Shown: positions 1 to 10,650 of the stretch, piece after piece | Layout: each line of letters begins with the position of its first letter | Position numbering within the stretch: the stretch's first letter is position 1 | Assembly (NCBI GenBank): GCA_963803085.1 | Contig: CAWDLE010000033.1 | Coordinates: 71,597 to 135,596, forward strand | Reading direction: 5' to 3' | Source of the DNA: an uncultured Thermoleophilaceae bacterium | GTDB lineage: Bacteria > Actinomycetota > Thermoleophilia > Solirubrobacterales > Thermoleophilaceae | DNA: 64,000 nucleotides | Position numbers and translations under genes: made by a program | The notes under the pieces: model-generated | What the model was told of the DNA's origin: nothing | Databases searched by the model: none | What the model saw: only the letters and a program-made list of their open reading frames with translations

Positions 1-267
1 GAGCTCCGAGTGCTCACCCACGTCGGACTGCCGGAACAAGATGCAGCGCTCGGGGTCGAGGCCGGCGGCGATCAGCATCGCCGTGGTGTCGAGCACGTAG
101 TCGGGCAACGCCTTCGGGTCATACGAGACGCTTGTGGCGTGCAGATCGACGATGCAGTAGATCGCCGGGTCGCCGCGCTCCTGGCCGTCGAGGTAACCGA
201 GGATGGCCCCGATGTAGTTGCCGAGGTGCTTGCGCCCCGTCGGTTGGATGCCGCTGAAGATGCGCAC
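1..267 (-). CDS. trpS: tryptophan--tRNA ligase, N-terminal part (gene continues beyond the left edge)
   Basis: Own reverse translation from GTG at 265-267 gives VRIFSGIQPTGRKHLGNYIGAILGYLDGQ..., a typical TrpRS N-terminus with a HIGH-type motif. It is absent from the ORF track because it is open at the window edge. Confidence 0.8.
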   Translation of the reverse strand, partial: MRIFSGIQPTGRKHLGNYIGAILGYLDGQERGDPAIYCIVDLHATSVSYDPKALPDYVLDTTAMLIAAGLDPERCILFRQSDVGEHSEL

Positions 268-279
268 GGGGCGGGCAGT

Positions 280-1356
280 CTAGGGCGAGACCTCCACGGT
301 GATCCTCTCCACCGCGTTGTTCGCGTAGCCCTTCAGGTTCCAAGGTGGGTCGAGCGGCTGGGTGTTGCCGGCGGAGTCTGTGGCTCGTGACGAGAGGACA
401 TGCTCTCCCGGTGTCGCGTCCCAGGTGAAGCTCCAGCCGCGCCAGGCGTTGGGGCCGAGTGGCGGGTCCAGAACAGCAGCACTGAAGGTTGCGCCTCCGT
501 CTGTGGAGACCGCTACTGCTTCGATGCTGCCCTTTCCGGACCAGGCGCGGCCCGTGAGCTTCGTGGGTCCTGGCTCCACGTGGCGCGTGCGAGTCATGAA
601 GTCCGGCACCCCGGGCGGCACCATCAGGGAGCGCGGCAGCATGCGGGTGACCGGCTCGCCGGGCTCGCCGTCCTCGTCGTACATCCGGTAGGCCACCGAG
701 TTCTGGAAGCCGGCGAAGGGCTCCTCGAGCACGGTGATGCGGGTGAGCCACTTCACGTTCTGCATGCCGTACCAGCCCGGCACAACGAGCCGGAGCGGGA
801 AGCCGTGCTGGGGCGGGAGCGGCTCGCCGTTCATGTCGTAGGCGAGGATCGCGTCGCGGGCTTCCTGGACCGGCAGCGCCCGTTCGTAGGTTTGAGGCTC
901 ACCCCCTTCGATCCCCGAGTCGAGAGCAGTGAACAGGAGCTCGATCGCTGCTCTGCTCGCCCCGACCTCTTCGAGCAGTGGGGCGAGGAGCGTCCCGCCC
1001 CACTCCGCGGTTCCCACGGCCTCGGTCAGCCATGGCTGGCTCACCGGACGAGGCTCGAGCAGTGCGCGGCCGTTGCCGGCGCACTCGAAGGTGATCGGCT
1101 TGTCCAGACGCTCCCTCCTTCGAAGGTCATCAAGGGAAAGCGTCAACGGCCGCTCCACCGCTCCTGTGATCTCCAGACGGAAGCTCTCCGGGTCGACCGC
1201 CGGGATGTCGTAGTGGATCAGGAGGTAATGCAGCCCGGCCGGCGTGATCGGGTGCCGCAACGCCTCAAGCGGAAGGCCGTGGTTGCGAGCCGCGAGCCGT
1301 AGCTCCGCAGCTGTGATCCCTTGGTCGCCGACGGTGCCGGCGGGCGCGCCGTCCAT
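280..1356 (-). CDS. sulfite oxidase-like molybdopterin oxidoreductase
   Basis: 358-aa ORF. It shows an Oxidored_molyb-type core (ITFECAGNGR, FPLRLVVPGWYGMQNVKWL) and a C-terminal Mo-co dimerisation-like domain. Confidence 0.8.
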   Translation of the reverse strand: MDGAPAGTVGDQGITAAELRLAARNHGLPLEALRHPITPAGLHYLLIHYDIPAVDPESFRLEITGAVERPLTLSLDDLRRRERLDKPITFECAGNGRALLEPRPVSQPWLTEAVGTAEWGGTLLAPLLEEVGASRAAIELLFTALDSGIEGGEPQTYERALPVQEARDAILAYDMNGEPLPPQHGFPLRLVVPGWYGMQNVKWLTRITVLEEPFAGFQNSVAYRMYDEDGEPGEPVTRMLPRSLMVPPGVPDFMTRTRHVEPGPTKLTGRAWSGKGSIEAVAVSTDGGATFSAAVLDPPLGPNAWRGWSFTWDATPGEHVLSSRATDSAGNTQPLDPPWNLKGYANNAVERITVEVSP

Positions 1357-1447
1357 GCGGCGACTCTAGCCCTGGAAGACGCCGCCGTCGAAGTCGCTGA
1401 GCCCGAGGATCACCGAGTGCGGGCGCACACGACGGGGATTGAAGGCG

Positions 1448-2982
1448 CTACATCGCGCCTGAACCGGAGCCGGGGGCCTCTTGGGCGCGCTCGGGGTCGC
1501 CCGGGTTTTCGACGTTCGGGCGCCAGCGGACCACGGGGTGCTTTGCCGCGCCGGCTTCGTCGAGGCGGCGGACCGGTGTGGTGTGCGGAGCGGTGCGCGC
1601 CACCTCGGGGTCCTCCTTCGCCTCCTCGAGGATCGCGCGGACCACCTCGGCGAAGTGGTCGAGGCGCTCCTTCGTCTCCGTCTCGGTGGGCTCGATCATC
1701 AGCGCCTCGTCGACGAGCAGGGGGAAGTACACGGTCGGCGGGTGGACATTGTGGTCGAGCATGCGCTTGGCGATGTCGAGCGTCCTGATTCCGAGCTGGT
1801 CCTTCGCTCCCTGTCCCGACAGGACGAACTCGTGCATGCACGTGCGATCGAACGCGATCGGGAGATATTCCTCAATGCCCGGCTCCGCCATCAGCGCCTT
1901 CAAATAATTGGCATTGAGGACAGCGACTTCAGAGGCTTGCTTCAGGCCGTCGGACCCCAGCGAGCAGATGTACGCATACGAACGCACGAAGACACCGAAG
2001 TTGCCCTGGAATCCGCGCAGTTTTCCGATGGACTTGGGGCGCTCGTGGTCTAGATCGAACCGATCCTCGCGGCAGATGATTTGAGGGATCGGCAGGAAAG
2101 GCTCGATCCGATCCGAGCAGGCAATCGGGCCCGCGCCCGGGCCGCCGCCGCCGTGCGGCTGCGTAAAGGTCTTGTGCAGGTTGAAGTGGACGATGTCGAA
2201 GCCCATGTCGCCCGGGCGCGTCACGCCCATCACAGCGTTCAGGTTCGCGCCGTCGTAGTAGAGCGTCGCGCCGGCGTCGTGCACGATCCGGGCGATCTCC
2301 TCGATGTTGCGGTCGAACAGGCCGAGCGTGTTCGGGTTGGTGAGCATCAGGCACGCCACGTCGTCGGTGGCCTTCTCGCGCAGGTCGTCGAGGTCCACCC
2401 CGCCGTCCGGCGCCGTTCCCACCTTCACGACCTCGTAGCCCGCCATCGTCACCGTCGCCGGGTTCGTGCCGTGGGCGGTGTCGGGCGTGAGCACCTTGGT
2501 GCGCTCTCGCCGCGGTCCTCGTGGTAGGCCCGAGTGAGCAGCAGGCCCGCCAGCTCGCCGTGCGACCCGGCGCTCGGCTGGAGTGACACGTGCGGCAACC
2601 CGGCGATCTCGCCGAGCGCGCCCTGGAGGCGCCACATCAACTCGAGCGCCCCCTGCGCGTACTCCGGATCCTGGAGCGGGTGCAGCCGTGCGTGGCCGGG
2701 CAGCGCCGCCACCCGCTCGTGCAGCTTCGGGTTGTGCTTCATCGTGCAGGATCCGAGCGGGTAGAAGCCCTCGTCCAGGTGGAAGTTCTTCGACGAGAGC
2801 GTCGTGTAGTGGCGCACCAGCTCGGGCTCGGAGATCTCGGGTAGCTCGGCCGGGCGATCGCGGATCGCCTCGGCCGGGAGGAGCTCCTCCACCGCCACCT
2901 CGGGCACATCCGTGACAGGCGCGGTGAAGGCGCGACGGCCCGGACGCGACTGCTCAAAGACCGTGAGCGTGTCTTCGGTCAT
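1448..2982 (-). pseudogene. gcvPB: glycine dehydrogenase (decarboxylating) subunit 2, read in two frames (apparent 1-nt deletion near 2505-2515)
   Basis: ORF 2449..2982 gives the N-terminus up to ...LLLTRAYHEDRGE. ORF 1448..2635 continues in another frame with RTKVLTPDTAHGTNPATV...HFNLHKTF...; end coordinates differ mod 3 (2982 vs 2635). Confidence 0.85.
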
Positions 2983-4328
2983 GCGGTCGCCGCCTCGTGG
3001 ATCGGGGCGCCCACGAGCTCCGCGAGCCGGTCGATGTGCTCCTTGGTGCGCCGTTCTGTGACGGCAACGAGAAGCCCGTCCGGATATTCGGGATAGTCGC
3101 GACCAAGCGGGTAGCCCGGATTGATACCGGCGTCGCGGGCACGGGCGATGACGGCGGGCAGGTCGGGTACGCGCACGGCGAACTCGCGGACGATGGGTCC
3201 CGGGTTGATCGCCTCGAGCCCCAGCGCCTCGCGGGCGTAGTGGGTGCGGCGCAGCATCAGCTCGCCGATCTCCACGAGCCCGCGCTTGCCGAGCCAGGAA
3301 AGGTAGATCACTCCCGCCAGCGCGTTCAGCGCCTGGGCGGTGCAGATGTTGTGCGTGGCCTTCTCGCGACGGATGTGCTGCTCGCGAGTCTGCAGCGTGA
3401 GCACGAATCCGCGGCGGCCGTCCACGTCGCGCGTCTCGCCGGCGATCCGGCCCGGCATCTTGCGGATGAAGCGCTGGTCAGCGGCGAAGAATCCAAAGGA
3501 CGGGCCGCCAAAGTCGAGCCGGTTGCCCAGCGACTGGCCCTCGCCCACGCACACATCCACGCCGAGCTCGCCGGGCGGCTTGAGGATGCCGAGCGGGATC
3601 GGGTCGGCCGCGCACACGAACAGGGCGCCGGTGCGCTTGGCGGCCTCGGACAGCGTCCCGAGGTCCTCAACCGTGCCGAGGAAGTTCGGCTGCTGCACGA
3701 ACACGGCGGCGGTGTCGTCGTCCACCTCAGCGGCGAGCGCATCGACCTCGGTCGCGCCGTCCTCGTCGAGCGGCACCTCGACCACCTCCATGCCGTATCC
3801 GGCCGCGTGAGTCCTGAGGGCGGCACGCGAGTCCGGATGGAGCCCGCGGCTCGCGACGAGCTTCCCGCGCTTGGTCTCGAGCTTCGCCAGGTAGCCCGCC
3901 GCGGCCACCGCGCTCGGCCCCTCGTAGACCGACGCGTTCGAGACCGGCAGTCCGGTGAGCTCCGAGATGGCCGTCTGGAACTCGAACATCACTTGGAGCC
4001 CGCCCTGCGAGATCTCGGGCTGGTACGGGGTGTACGGCGTGAGGAACTCGGACCGGCTCAGCAGCGTGTCGATCAGGGCCGGCACGTAGTGGTCGTACAT
4101 GCCTGCGCCGAGAAAGCTCACCTCCTCCTCGGTGTGCCTGTTGCGAGCGGCCAGAGCGGACAGGTGCTCGTAGACCTCCTGCTCTGAGCGGCCCTGGGGA
4201 AGGTCGAGCTCGCGACCCAGCCGAACCGACTCCGGGATGTCCGCGAAGAGATCCTCAAGCGAGCCGGCGCCGATGGCGTCGAGCATCTGCCTGAGGTCTT
4301 CGTCTGTAACGCCCGTGTAGCGGCTCAT
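2979..4328 (-). CDS. gcvPA: glycine dehydrogenase (decarboxylating) subunit 1
   Basis: 449-aa ORF with a typical GcvPA sequence (FLGAGMYDHYVPA, TPYQPEISQG). ATGA overlap with gcvPB. Confidence 0.93.
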   Translation of the reverse strand: MSRYTGVTDEDLRQMLDAIGAGSLEDLFADIPESVRLGRELDLPQGRSEQEVYEHLSALAARNRHTEEEVSFLGAGMYDHYVPALIDTLLSRSEFLTPYTPYQPEISQGGLQVMFEFQTAISELTGLPVSNASVYEGPSAVAAAGYLAKLETKRGKLVASRGLHPDSRAALRTHAAGYGMEVVEVPLDEDGATEVDALAAEVDDDTAAVFVQQPNFLGTVEDLGTLSEAAKRTGALFVCAADPIPLGILKPPGELGVDVCVGEGQSLGNRLDFGGPSFGFFAADQRFIRKMPGRIAGETRDVDGRRGFVLTLQTREQHIRREKATHNICTAQALNALAGVIYLSWLGKRGLVEIGELMLRRTHYAREALGLEAINPGPIVREFAVRVPDLPAVIARARDAGINPGYPLGRDYPEYPDGLLVAVTERRTKEHIDRLAELVGAPIHEAATA

Positions 4329-4342
4329 GAGCCTCCACGACG

Positions 4343-4738
4343 TTAGCTACCCGCCTGGAGCAACTCCTTGTACTGGTTCGCGTCCATCAGCTGGTCGAGC
4401 TCGGACTGGTCGGAGAGCCGGACCTTCACCATCCAGCCCTCGCCGTACGGGTCCGCATTGACCTTCTCGGGGGTGTCGGCGAGGCCCTCGTTCACCTCGA
4501 CGATCTCGCCCGACAGCGGGGCGAACACGTCCGACACCGCCTTCACGGACTCCACCTCTGCGTAGGCCTCGTCCTTGGAGACCGAGGTGCCCACCTCCGG
4601 CGGGTCGAAGAACACGACCTCCCCGAGCGCGTCCTGTGCGTACCAGGTGATCCCGAACGTGGCCGTATCGCCCTCAATGCGCGCCCAGTCATGTTCGGCG
4701 TGGTACTTCAGGTCCTCGGGGTAGCTGGCCTCAGCCAC
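4343..4738 (-). CDS. gcvH: glycine cleavage system H protein
   Basis: 131-aa ORF with the lipoyl-lysine motif context (VESVKAVSDV). Confidence 0.93.
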   Translation of the reverse strand: MAEASYPEDLKYHAEHDWARIEGDTATFGITWYAQDALGEVVFFDPPEVGTSVSKDEAYAEVESVKAVSDVFAPLSGEIVEVNEGLADTPEKVNADPYGEGWMVKVRLSDQSELDQLMDANQYKELLQAGS

Positions 4739-5850
4739 TGGTCTCCTTCCGGTAGAGCGGTTTCTCCCTCACCTCGGCGGCGCGCGCCTTGCCGCGCACG
4801 TCCACCTCCAACTCGGTGCCAGGCGCCGCGGCGGCCACCGGCACGTATGCCATCCCGATGCCCACCTCCAGGCACGGTGACAGCGAGCCGCTGGTCACGA
4901 CTCCCTCGCCGTGAAAACGGGTGCTCGCGCGCACCGCGCGCTCGCCGGTCGCTGTGCGCACAGGGTTCCCCTGGCGCGGGATCCCGGCGCCCGTGAACGC
5001 GAACGGCACGAGCGTCTGGTCCGGCTCGATCCCGCGCAGCGCGTCCGCGCCGATGAAGCCGGTGTCGAGCTTGCAACACCATGCAAGGCCGGCCTCGATC
5101 GGGTTGCGGTCCTCGGACAGGTCGTTCCCATATAGGTGGAAGCAGACCTCGAGCCTCAGCGTGTCGCGGGCGCCGAGGCCCGCGGGCACGACGCCCTGCT
5201 CGAGGAGCGCATCCCAGACCTCCACGGCGCCCTCCGGTGGGATCAGCAGCTCCACGCCGTCCTCGCCGGTGTAGCCCGTGCCGCACGCGAGGCACTCCAC
5301 TCCCGCGATGGACACCTCCGCCGTCCGCATCCGCGCCGGCAGCTCACCCTCGGCCACACGCTCCACGGCCGCGCGGGCGTCCGGTCCCTGCACGGCGAGC
5401 ATCGCCCAGCGCTCGTGCGCGTCGGTGACCTCCGCGTCGAAATCCCCCGTGTGCTCGCGGAACCAGGCGAGATCCTTCTCGTGGTTCGACGCGTTGGTGA
5501 CCGTCAGGAAGCGGTCCGGCCCCAGCCGGTAGGTGAACAGGTCATCCAGGACACCGCCGTCCTCGCGGCAGAGCACCGAGTACTGGGCGCCGCGCTCGCC
5601 GATCTTGGTCACATCATTCGAGAGCAGCCGCTGGAGCAGCTCCTCGGCCTGCGGGCCGCTCGTCTCGATCTCCCCCATGTGCGAGACGTCGAACATGCCG
5701 GCGCCGAGTCCGTACCGCCACGTGCTCCTGGCGGATGCCCTCGTACTGGACCGGCATCTCCCAGCCCGCGAACGGGACGAGCCTCGCGCCCGCCTGCTCG
5801 TGTCGATCGAACAGCGGCGTGCGGCGGAGGGTGTCTGCGGCGGGCGGCAA
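4731..5850 (-). pseudogene. gcvT: aminomethyltransferase (glycine cleavage T protein), read in two frames (frameshift near 5697-5712)
   Basis: The N-terminus [41 protein letters not shown] lies in the frame of ORF 5614..6063. The rest, (G)[13 protein letters not shown]..., lies in ORF 4731..5696; the frames differ mod 3. The start is guessed as TTG at 5848-5850. Confidence 0.85.
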
Positions 5851-5861
5851 CCGCCCGCAGG

Positions 5862-6044
5862 TTACCCCCTGTCGATAACCGCCGGAGCCTCCGCCGTGCG
5901 GCGGCACTGGTCCACGGCTACGGCCAGCCCCAGCCATCCCGAGAAGGGGAGATCCGGCGTATGCTGGGCGCGCAGTACACCGCGGACGCCATCGGGCTCG
6001 AGGACGAGCTCGACGTGTGCGGTGACGGGTTCGGCTGGTGACAT
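5862..6044 (-). CDS. hypothetical small protein (60 aa) immediately upstream of gcvT
   Basis: Internal ATG of ORF 5862..6074. Third-position GC is elevated (about 3/4 by hand count). The stop lies 11 nt before the putative gcvT start. No recognisable domain. Confidence 0.3.
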   Translation of the reverse strand: MSPAEPVTAHVELVLEPDGVRGVLRAQHTPDLPFSGWLGLAVAVDQCRRTAEAPAVIDRG

Positions 6045-6050
6045 GCTGCG

Positions 6051-8996
6051 ATGTTCGCGCCAAAGCGCGCGCATCGCGTCGGGAGCACCCCCGACCCCTA
6101 CCCCGATATTCCGATGGACTCGCAGACCACAGCGCCAGATCCCGAGCTCCTCGAGCGGGACTCAGAGCTGCTCGCCCTCGACCAGGCGCTGGCCGAGGCG
6201 GTCGATGGACGCGGGAGCGTGGTGGCGGTGGAGGGCCCGCCCGGCATCGGGAAGTCGAGCCTGGTGACCGCCTGTATCGAGCGCGCCCGCGAGCGCGAGA
6301 TGTACACCCTGTCCGTACGAGCTACCGAGCTGGAGCGCAGCTATCCGTACGGCATCGTGCGACAGACGGCCGACTCGGTCGCGCTCGACAAGACCCAGGA
6401 GGAGCGCTCGGCGCTGTTCACCGGGGCGGCGCGGCTCGCCCTTCCGATCCTGGATCCCGGCAGCGCCGAGGACGCCGACAGCCCAGAGCTGATGTACCAG
6501 CGCCTGCACGGCCTGTACTGGCTCACCGCCAACCTCGCCCGCGAGCAGCCGCTGCTGATCGCGATCGACGACGCCCAGTGGGCCGACGAGGCGTCGATGG
6601 CCGCCGAGCGCTTCCTCAGCCTGCGAATCGCCGACCTCCCGATGGTCCTACTTCTGGCCGTGCGCACCGCCGAGGTCGGCCAGCTCGGCGTGCCGCTCGC
6701 CGAGATCCTCGCCGACCCGGCCACCGTCTCGATCCGGCCGGGCGCGCTCTCGCCTGATGGCGCCGGACAGCGCGTGGAGGCGTTGCTCGGCACAGCGGAC
6801 TCTGAGTTCGCGGCCGCCTGCCATCACGCCACGGGCGGCAATCCCTTCCTGCTCGAGCAGCTCGTGAGCGAGGTGCGCGCAGAGGGCATTGAGCCGACCG
6901 AGGCGAGCGCGGCGCGCGTGTCCTCCCTGGGCCCGGACACGGTGCGCGCCTCGGTGCTGCTCCGCCTCGAGCGTCTGCCGAGTGCCGGCGGGCCGGTGGC
7001 GCGCGCGTTGGCGATTCTCGGGGAGCACGACATCGCGATCAGAGACGTGGCCACGCTCGCCGGAGTGCCTGAGGACGCCGCGGCCGACGCGCTCGCGGAG
7101 CTCGAGCGCTCCGGCCTCGTGACCGGCGCCCCCCACGTCCGCTTCACGCACCCGATCCTGCGCGCGGCCATCGAGGACGACCTGCCCGCGGTGGAGCGCT
7201 CGCGCGCACACGAGCAGGCGGCGCGCATGCTCGCCGACCGCGACGCCGACCCGGTGGCCGTGGCCGCGCACTTGCTGGTGTCCGAGCCGGGCCAGGGCGA
7301 GTGGGCGATTGCCACACTGCGCGCGGCCGCGCGCCGCGCCGAGGCGCTCGGCGACCCCGCCGGCGCGGTGCGCTACTTGGAGCGCGCCGTGACCGAGCGG
7401 CCCGAGCCGGCCGAGCTCGCCGAGGTTCTGTTCCAGCTGGGGCTCGCCGCAGCCCACGCCGGCGATCCCGACGCCGCCGAGCACCTCCAGCGCGCAGCGG
7501 CGGCGGGCGGACCGACGCGGCTGCGCGCCATGCACTGGACAGCCGTGCTGGACCTGGTTGCGGGACGAGTGAGCCAGGCAGCCGACGTCCTGGAGTCGGC
7601 GCTCGCCGACTTCCACGAAGAGGACGACGCGGCGAAGCCCCTGCTCGAGACGTTGATCGCGGCTGGACTCGAGAGCGCGACGGTCCGCCGGCGGCTCGGC
7701 GACCTCTTTGACCACGTCGAGGAGCCGCGCGGTGCCCCCAAGAGCGACTTCGAGCGCTTCGCGCTGATCACGCACGCGTACGTCTCGGTGGTGGAGCAAG
7801 CAGACGCGCGGCGCGCCAACGAGCTCATCCACCGGGCACTCGCGGTCGAGGAGCACGGCTACTACGAATCCGTCATGCGAGCAAGCGTTGGCCGGCCGAT
7901 GACGGCGTTTGTGCTCACCCTCCTGGAGCGCTTCGACGAGTCCCGCGCGATCCTCGACCGGCTCGTGGGCGCGGCGCGCGAGTACGGCGACCGCTCGGCT
8001 GTCGGCGTCTTCCTCGCGGAGCGCGCGTGGACGCGGTACCGCGCGGGCGATGCCGAGGGCGCCGAGGCCGACGCCTCGGAGGCGCTGCTGATCGCACGCG
8101 ACGCCACGCGTGCCCGGGGCCATGCGCCGATTGCGGCGTCCGTCGCCGTCCTCGCCGGCATGGAACGGGAGCGGCCTTTCGAGGAGCTGGAGGCCATCGT
8201 CGCCGGCCTGCCGCCTGCCGGCGACCCGGACACCGTGGTCCAAGACGACCTCGCCCTCGCACGCGCCTGGCTGCTGCTCGCCCAAGGGGACGCGCGCGGC
8301 GCCGCCGATCTCGCGCTCGAGCTGGATCGTGCCGAGTCCTGGGGTTGCGGCTCGCCAACGCTCCTTCCGTGGCGCTCCGTGGCGTCGGTCGCGCTGACAC
8401 AGCTCGGCGAGGAAGAGCGGGGGCTCGCTCTTGCCCAGGAGGAGCTGCAGCTCGCGGAGCAGCTGGGAACGCCGCGCGCGGTGGGCATCGCGCAGCGCGC
8501 CGTCGCGCTGGCAGGGCCGCCCGAGGAGCGCCAGGCCGGGCTCGAGGCCGCGGTGGCCGTGCTGGAGAACGGGGGCGCCCGCCTCGAGCTCGCGCGTGTG
8601 ACCTGCGAGCTCGGCGCCGAGCTGCGCCGCGCTGGCGAGCGCAGCGCTGCCCGCGACATGCTGCGCCGCGCCCATACCCTCGCCACAGAATGCGGCGCCA
8701 CGCGCCTCGCCGACAGGGCACGCGACGAGCTCGGCCGCTCCGGCGCCCGGCTGATGCGCGAGCCGGCGAGCGGCGTCGAGGGCCTCACGCCGAGCGAGGT
8801 GCGCGTGGCGGAGCTGGCGGCGGAGGGGCTCACCAACCGCGAGGTGGCGCAGTCACTGTTCGTCTCGGAGAAGACCGTGGAGACGCACCTGGGACGGGTC
8901 TACCGCAAGCTCGACATCAAGTCGCGCCACGCGCTCCCGGGCGCGCTCGGAGAGCGCAACAGCGCCGACTCCGACACCGCCGAAGTCGCCTCGTAG
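6051..8996 (+). CDS. LAL-type (large ATP-binding LuxR family) transcriptional regulator
   Basis: 981 aa with an N-terminal P-loop ([10 protein letters not shown]), a long helical/TPR-like middle and a C-terminal LuxR HTH ([43 protein letters not shown]). An alternative start is ATG 6114. Confidence 0.9.
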   Translation: MFAPKRAHRVGSTPDPYPDIPMDSQTTAPDPELLERDSELLALDQALAEAVDGRGSVVAVEGPPGIGKSSLVTACIERAREREMYTLSVRATELERSYPYGIVRQTADSVALDKTQEERSALFTGAARLALPILDPGSAEDADSPELMYQRLHGLYWLTANLAREQPLLIAIDDAQWADEASMAAERFLSLRIADLPMVLLLAVRTAEVGQLGVPLAEILADPATVSIRPGALSPDGAGQRVEALLGTADSEFAAACHHATGGNPFLLEQLVSEVRAEGIEPTEASAARVSSLGPDTVRASVLLRLERLPSAGGPVARALAILGEHDIAIRDVATLAGVPEDAAADALAELERSGLVTGAPHVRFTHPILRAAIEDDLPAVERSRAHEQAARMLADRDADPVAVAAHLLVSEPGQGEWAIATLRAAARRAEALGDPAGAVRYLERAVTERPEPAELAEVLFQLGLAAAHAGDPDAAEHLQRAAAAGGPTRLRAMHWTAVLDLVAGRVSQAADVLESALADFHEEDDAAKPLLETLIAAGLESATVRRRLGDLFDHVEEPRGAPKSDFERFALITHAYVSVVEQADARRANELIHRALAVEEHGYYESVMRASVGRPMTAFVLTLLERFDESRAILDRLVGAAREYGDRSAVGVFLAERAWTRYRAGDAEGAEADASEALLIARDATRARGHAPIAASVAVLAGMERERPFEELEAIVAGLPPAGDPDTVVQDDLALARAWLLLAQGDARGAADLALELDRAESWGCGSPTLLPWRSVASVALTQLGEEERGLALAQEELQLAEQLGTPRAVGIAQRAVALAGPPEERQAGLEAAVAVLENGGARLELARVTCELGAELRRAGERSAARDMLRRAHTLATECGATRLADRARDELGRSGARLMREPASGVEGLTPSEVRVAELAAEGLTNREVAQSLFVSEKTVETHLGRVYRKLDIKSRHALPGALGERNSADSDTAEVAS

Positions 8997-9017
8997 GAGC
9001 GCTCATAAAAGACAGCG

Positions 9018-9071
9018 GTGAAGGGGTGGCGACGTCGACAAGTCGCCACTCGGGTCGCCGAACCCCTTCAC
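9018..9071. terminator. GC-rich compound hairpin between convergent genes (possible bidirectional terminator, no U-tract)
   Basis: The outer arms GTGAAGGGGT (9018-9027) and ACCCCTTCAC (9062-9071) are perfectly complementary. An inner GGCGAC/GTCGCC stem sits at 9028-9033 / 9042-9047. Confidence 0.35.
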
Positions 9072-9104
9072 TGCAAGGTGATGCCGGGCGCCGACCTAGT
9101 CCGA

Positions 9105-10229
9105 CTAGGCGCCCAGCAGCGCCGCCGTGACCGCCAGCGCCACCTCGGCGCGGGTGCGGAGCGACTCGGCGCTCACCCACTCGTGCGGGGCGTGCGCGCC
9201 GCCGCCACGCGGCCCCAGGCCGTCGATCGTGAGCTCGATGCCGCCCGCGGCCATGTGGCTCGCGTCGCTCGCGCCGCCGCGCTCGGCAGCGACGATGGGC
9301 CGGCCGAGAGTCTCGGATGCGGCCGTGAGCACGGCGGCCGTGGCTGTGCGCGAGTCCATTCCGGGCCAGGCGCGCACCATGGTCGGCTCGAGCCTGACGT
9401 CGTCTTGCTCGGTCGGGATCGCGTCGAGTACGGGACCGAATGCCTCGAGGCGGTCGGCGCGCAGGTCGCACACCAGCTCGCCGGCCGCCGGCACGACGTT
9501 GAAGGCGTCGCCCGAGCGCAAGATGGTGGGCACCGAGGTCAGGCGGTCGGGTCCCGCGGGGTCGCTGCTGGCGGCGACGAGCTGAGCCACCGCCGCGAGG
9601 GCCAGCAGGGCGCTGCGGCCCTTCTCCGGGGCCGACCCGGAGTGCGACGGACGCCCATGAGCTTGAACGCTCAGCGTGGCGGCCGCCTTGCGCTTCACGA
9701 TCACCGCCTCTTCGCCCGCCTTCGTGCGCTCACCGGCCTCGAAGCACAGACAGGCGTCGAAGTCCGCGAAGCGCTTGGCATGGGCGAACGCCGCGGTGCG
9801 CCACTCCTCGTCGTTCACCAGCAGGATCACGGCCTCGGCGAAGAGCCCGGGCCGCGCCGCCAGCTCCCTCATCACTCCGAGCGAGAGCGCCACGCCGCCC
9901 TTCATGTCCACCGCGCCCGAGCCGGTGAGGCGGTCGCCGTCGTCCCGCGTCAACGGACGGTGGGCCTCGTGCGAGACCACCGTGTCGAGGTGCCCCAGCA
10001 GCAGCACCCTGCGCTCTCCGCTTCCGCGCAGACGCCCGAGGAGGTCTTGCGCATGCTCGGGCGTGGAGCATTCGAGCCGCTCCACCTCCGCCTCGGTGGG
10101 CAGGAACGCGGTGGCGAGCGCCACGCACGCCTCGGCGCCCTCCAGGTCACCCGATGGCGATGACACCCCCACGAGCGCCTCGAGCTCGCGCTCGGCGGCG
10201 AGCGCCATCCGGGGTGCCGCGTCGATCAT
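9105..10229 (-). CDS. M20 family metallopeptidase (carboxypeptidase G2/ArgE-like)
   Basis: M20-type motifs are present (LLLGHLDTV, GSGAVDMKGG, NDEEWRT). The start is taken at MIDAAP (ATG 10229), which forms an ATGA overlap with the upstream GNAT gene. The longer track ORF (to 10373) would overlap the GNAT gene. Confidence 0.85.
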   Translation of the reverse strand: MIDAAPRMALAAERELEALVGVSSPSGDLEGAEACVALATAFLPTEAEVERLECSTPEHAQDLLGRLRGSGERRVLLLGHLDTVVSHEAHRPLTRDDGDRLTGSGAVDMKGGVALSLGVMRELAARPGLFAEAVILLVNDEEWRTAAFAHAKRFADFDACLCFEAGERTKAGEEAVIVKRKAAATLSVQAHGRPSHSGSAPEKGRSALLALAAVAQLVAASSDPAGPDRLTSVPTILRSGDAFNVVPAAGELVCDLRADRLEAFGPVLDAIPTEQDDVRLEPTMVRAWPGMDSRTATAAVLTAASETLGRPIVAAERGGASDASHMAAGGIELTIDGLGPRGGGAHAPHEWVSAESLRTRAEVALAVTAALLGA

Positions 10230-10609
10230 TCGAGCGGCGCGGCGAAGTGGTAGCTCGTGATGCGCAGGCCGGTGTTGAAGTAGAGCCGGTGCGCGTCCTC
10301 GCGCTCGGGTCCGACCCCGGAGTCGAGGTGGAACTCCTTGCAGCCCTCGCGGCGGCCCTCCTCCATGCACCACTCGAGGAGCGCGCGCCCGTAGCCGCGC
10401 CGGCGGCCGTCCGGATGCGTGGACAGGTCGTCCACGTAGAGGCTGTCGCCCCAGGCCAGGTTGCGGATCACGCGGAAGCCGGCCACGCCGAGGCAGCGGT
10501 CCTCCTCGTCGAAGGCGCCTACGAGCCGGTAGCCCTGGGGGCGCTGCACCTCGTCCACACGGCGCACGAACTCCGCCTCATCCGCATAGTGCGTGCGGAG
10601 CGCGCGCAT
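10226..10609 (-). CDS. GNAT family N-acetyltransferase
   Basis: 127 aa with an acetyl-CoA binding motif (RRRGYGRALLEW). Confidence 0.85.
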   Translation of the reverse strand: MRALRTHYADEAEFVRRVDEVQRPQGYRLVGAFDEEDRCLGVAGFRVIRNLAWGDSLYVDDLSTHPDGRRRGYGRALLEWCMEEGRREGCKEFHLDSGVGPEREDAHRLYFNTGLRITSYHFAAPLE

Positions 10610-10650
10610 GGCATCGAAGGCCTGCGCCGTGTCCGGCGGGAGGAGCTCTC

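Noticed and set aside
1448-5850. Programmed ribosomal frameshifting as an explanation for the split gcvPB and gcvT.
   Set aside because: Neither junction has a slippery heptamer or an obvious stimulatory structure. These genes are not known to use recoding. An indel, real or artefactual, is the simpler explanation.
5851-6050. An expected glycine riboswitch upstream of gcvT.
   Set aside because: I read both strands and found none of the conserved aptamer blocks (GGAGAG, CCGAAGGGGCAA, CUCAGGCAAAAGGAC). Only a weak plus-strand GAGAAGGGGAGA is present, in the wrong orientation. A covariance-model scan would settle it.
6648-8675. A 675-aa minus-strand ORF (and several others) antisense to the LuxR-family gene.
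   Set aside because: This is a typical high-GC shadow ORF. It is Arg/Ala/Gly-rich, has no motifs, and is fully contained in a well-supported plus-strand gene.
9085-9113. A second small hairpin (GGGCGCC...CCTAG-TCCGA-CTAGG...CGCCC) considered as a terminator for the M20 peptidase gene.
   Set aside because: It overlaps the stop codon and the last codons of the gene, has bulges and no U-tract. It is not distinguishable from chance GC-rich self-complementarity.
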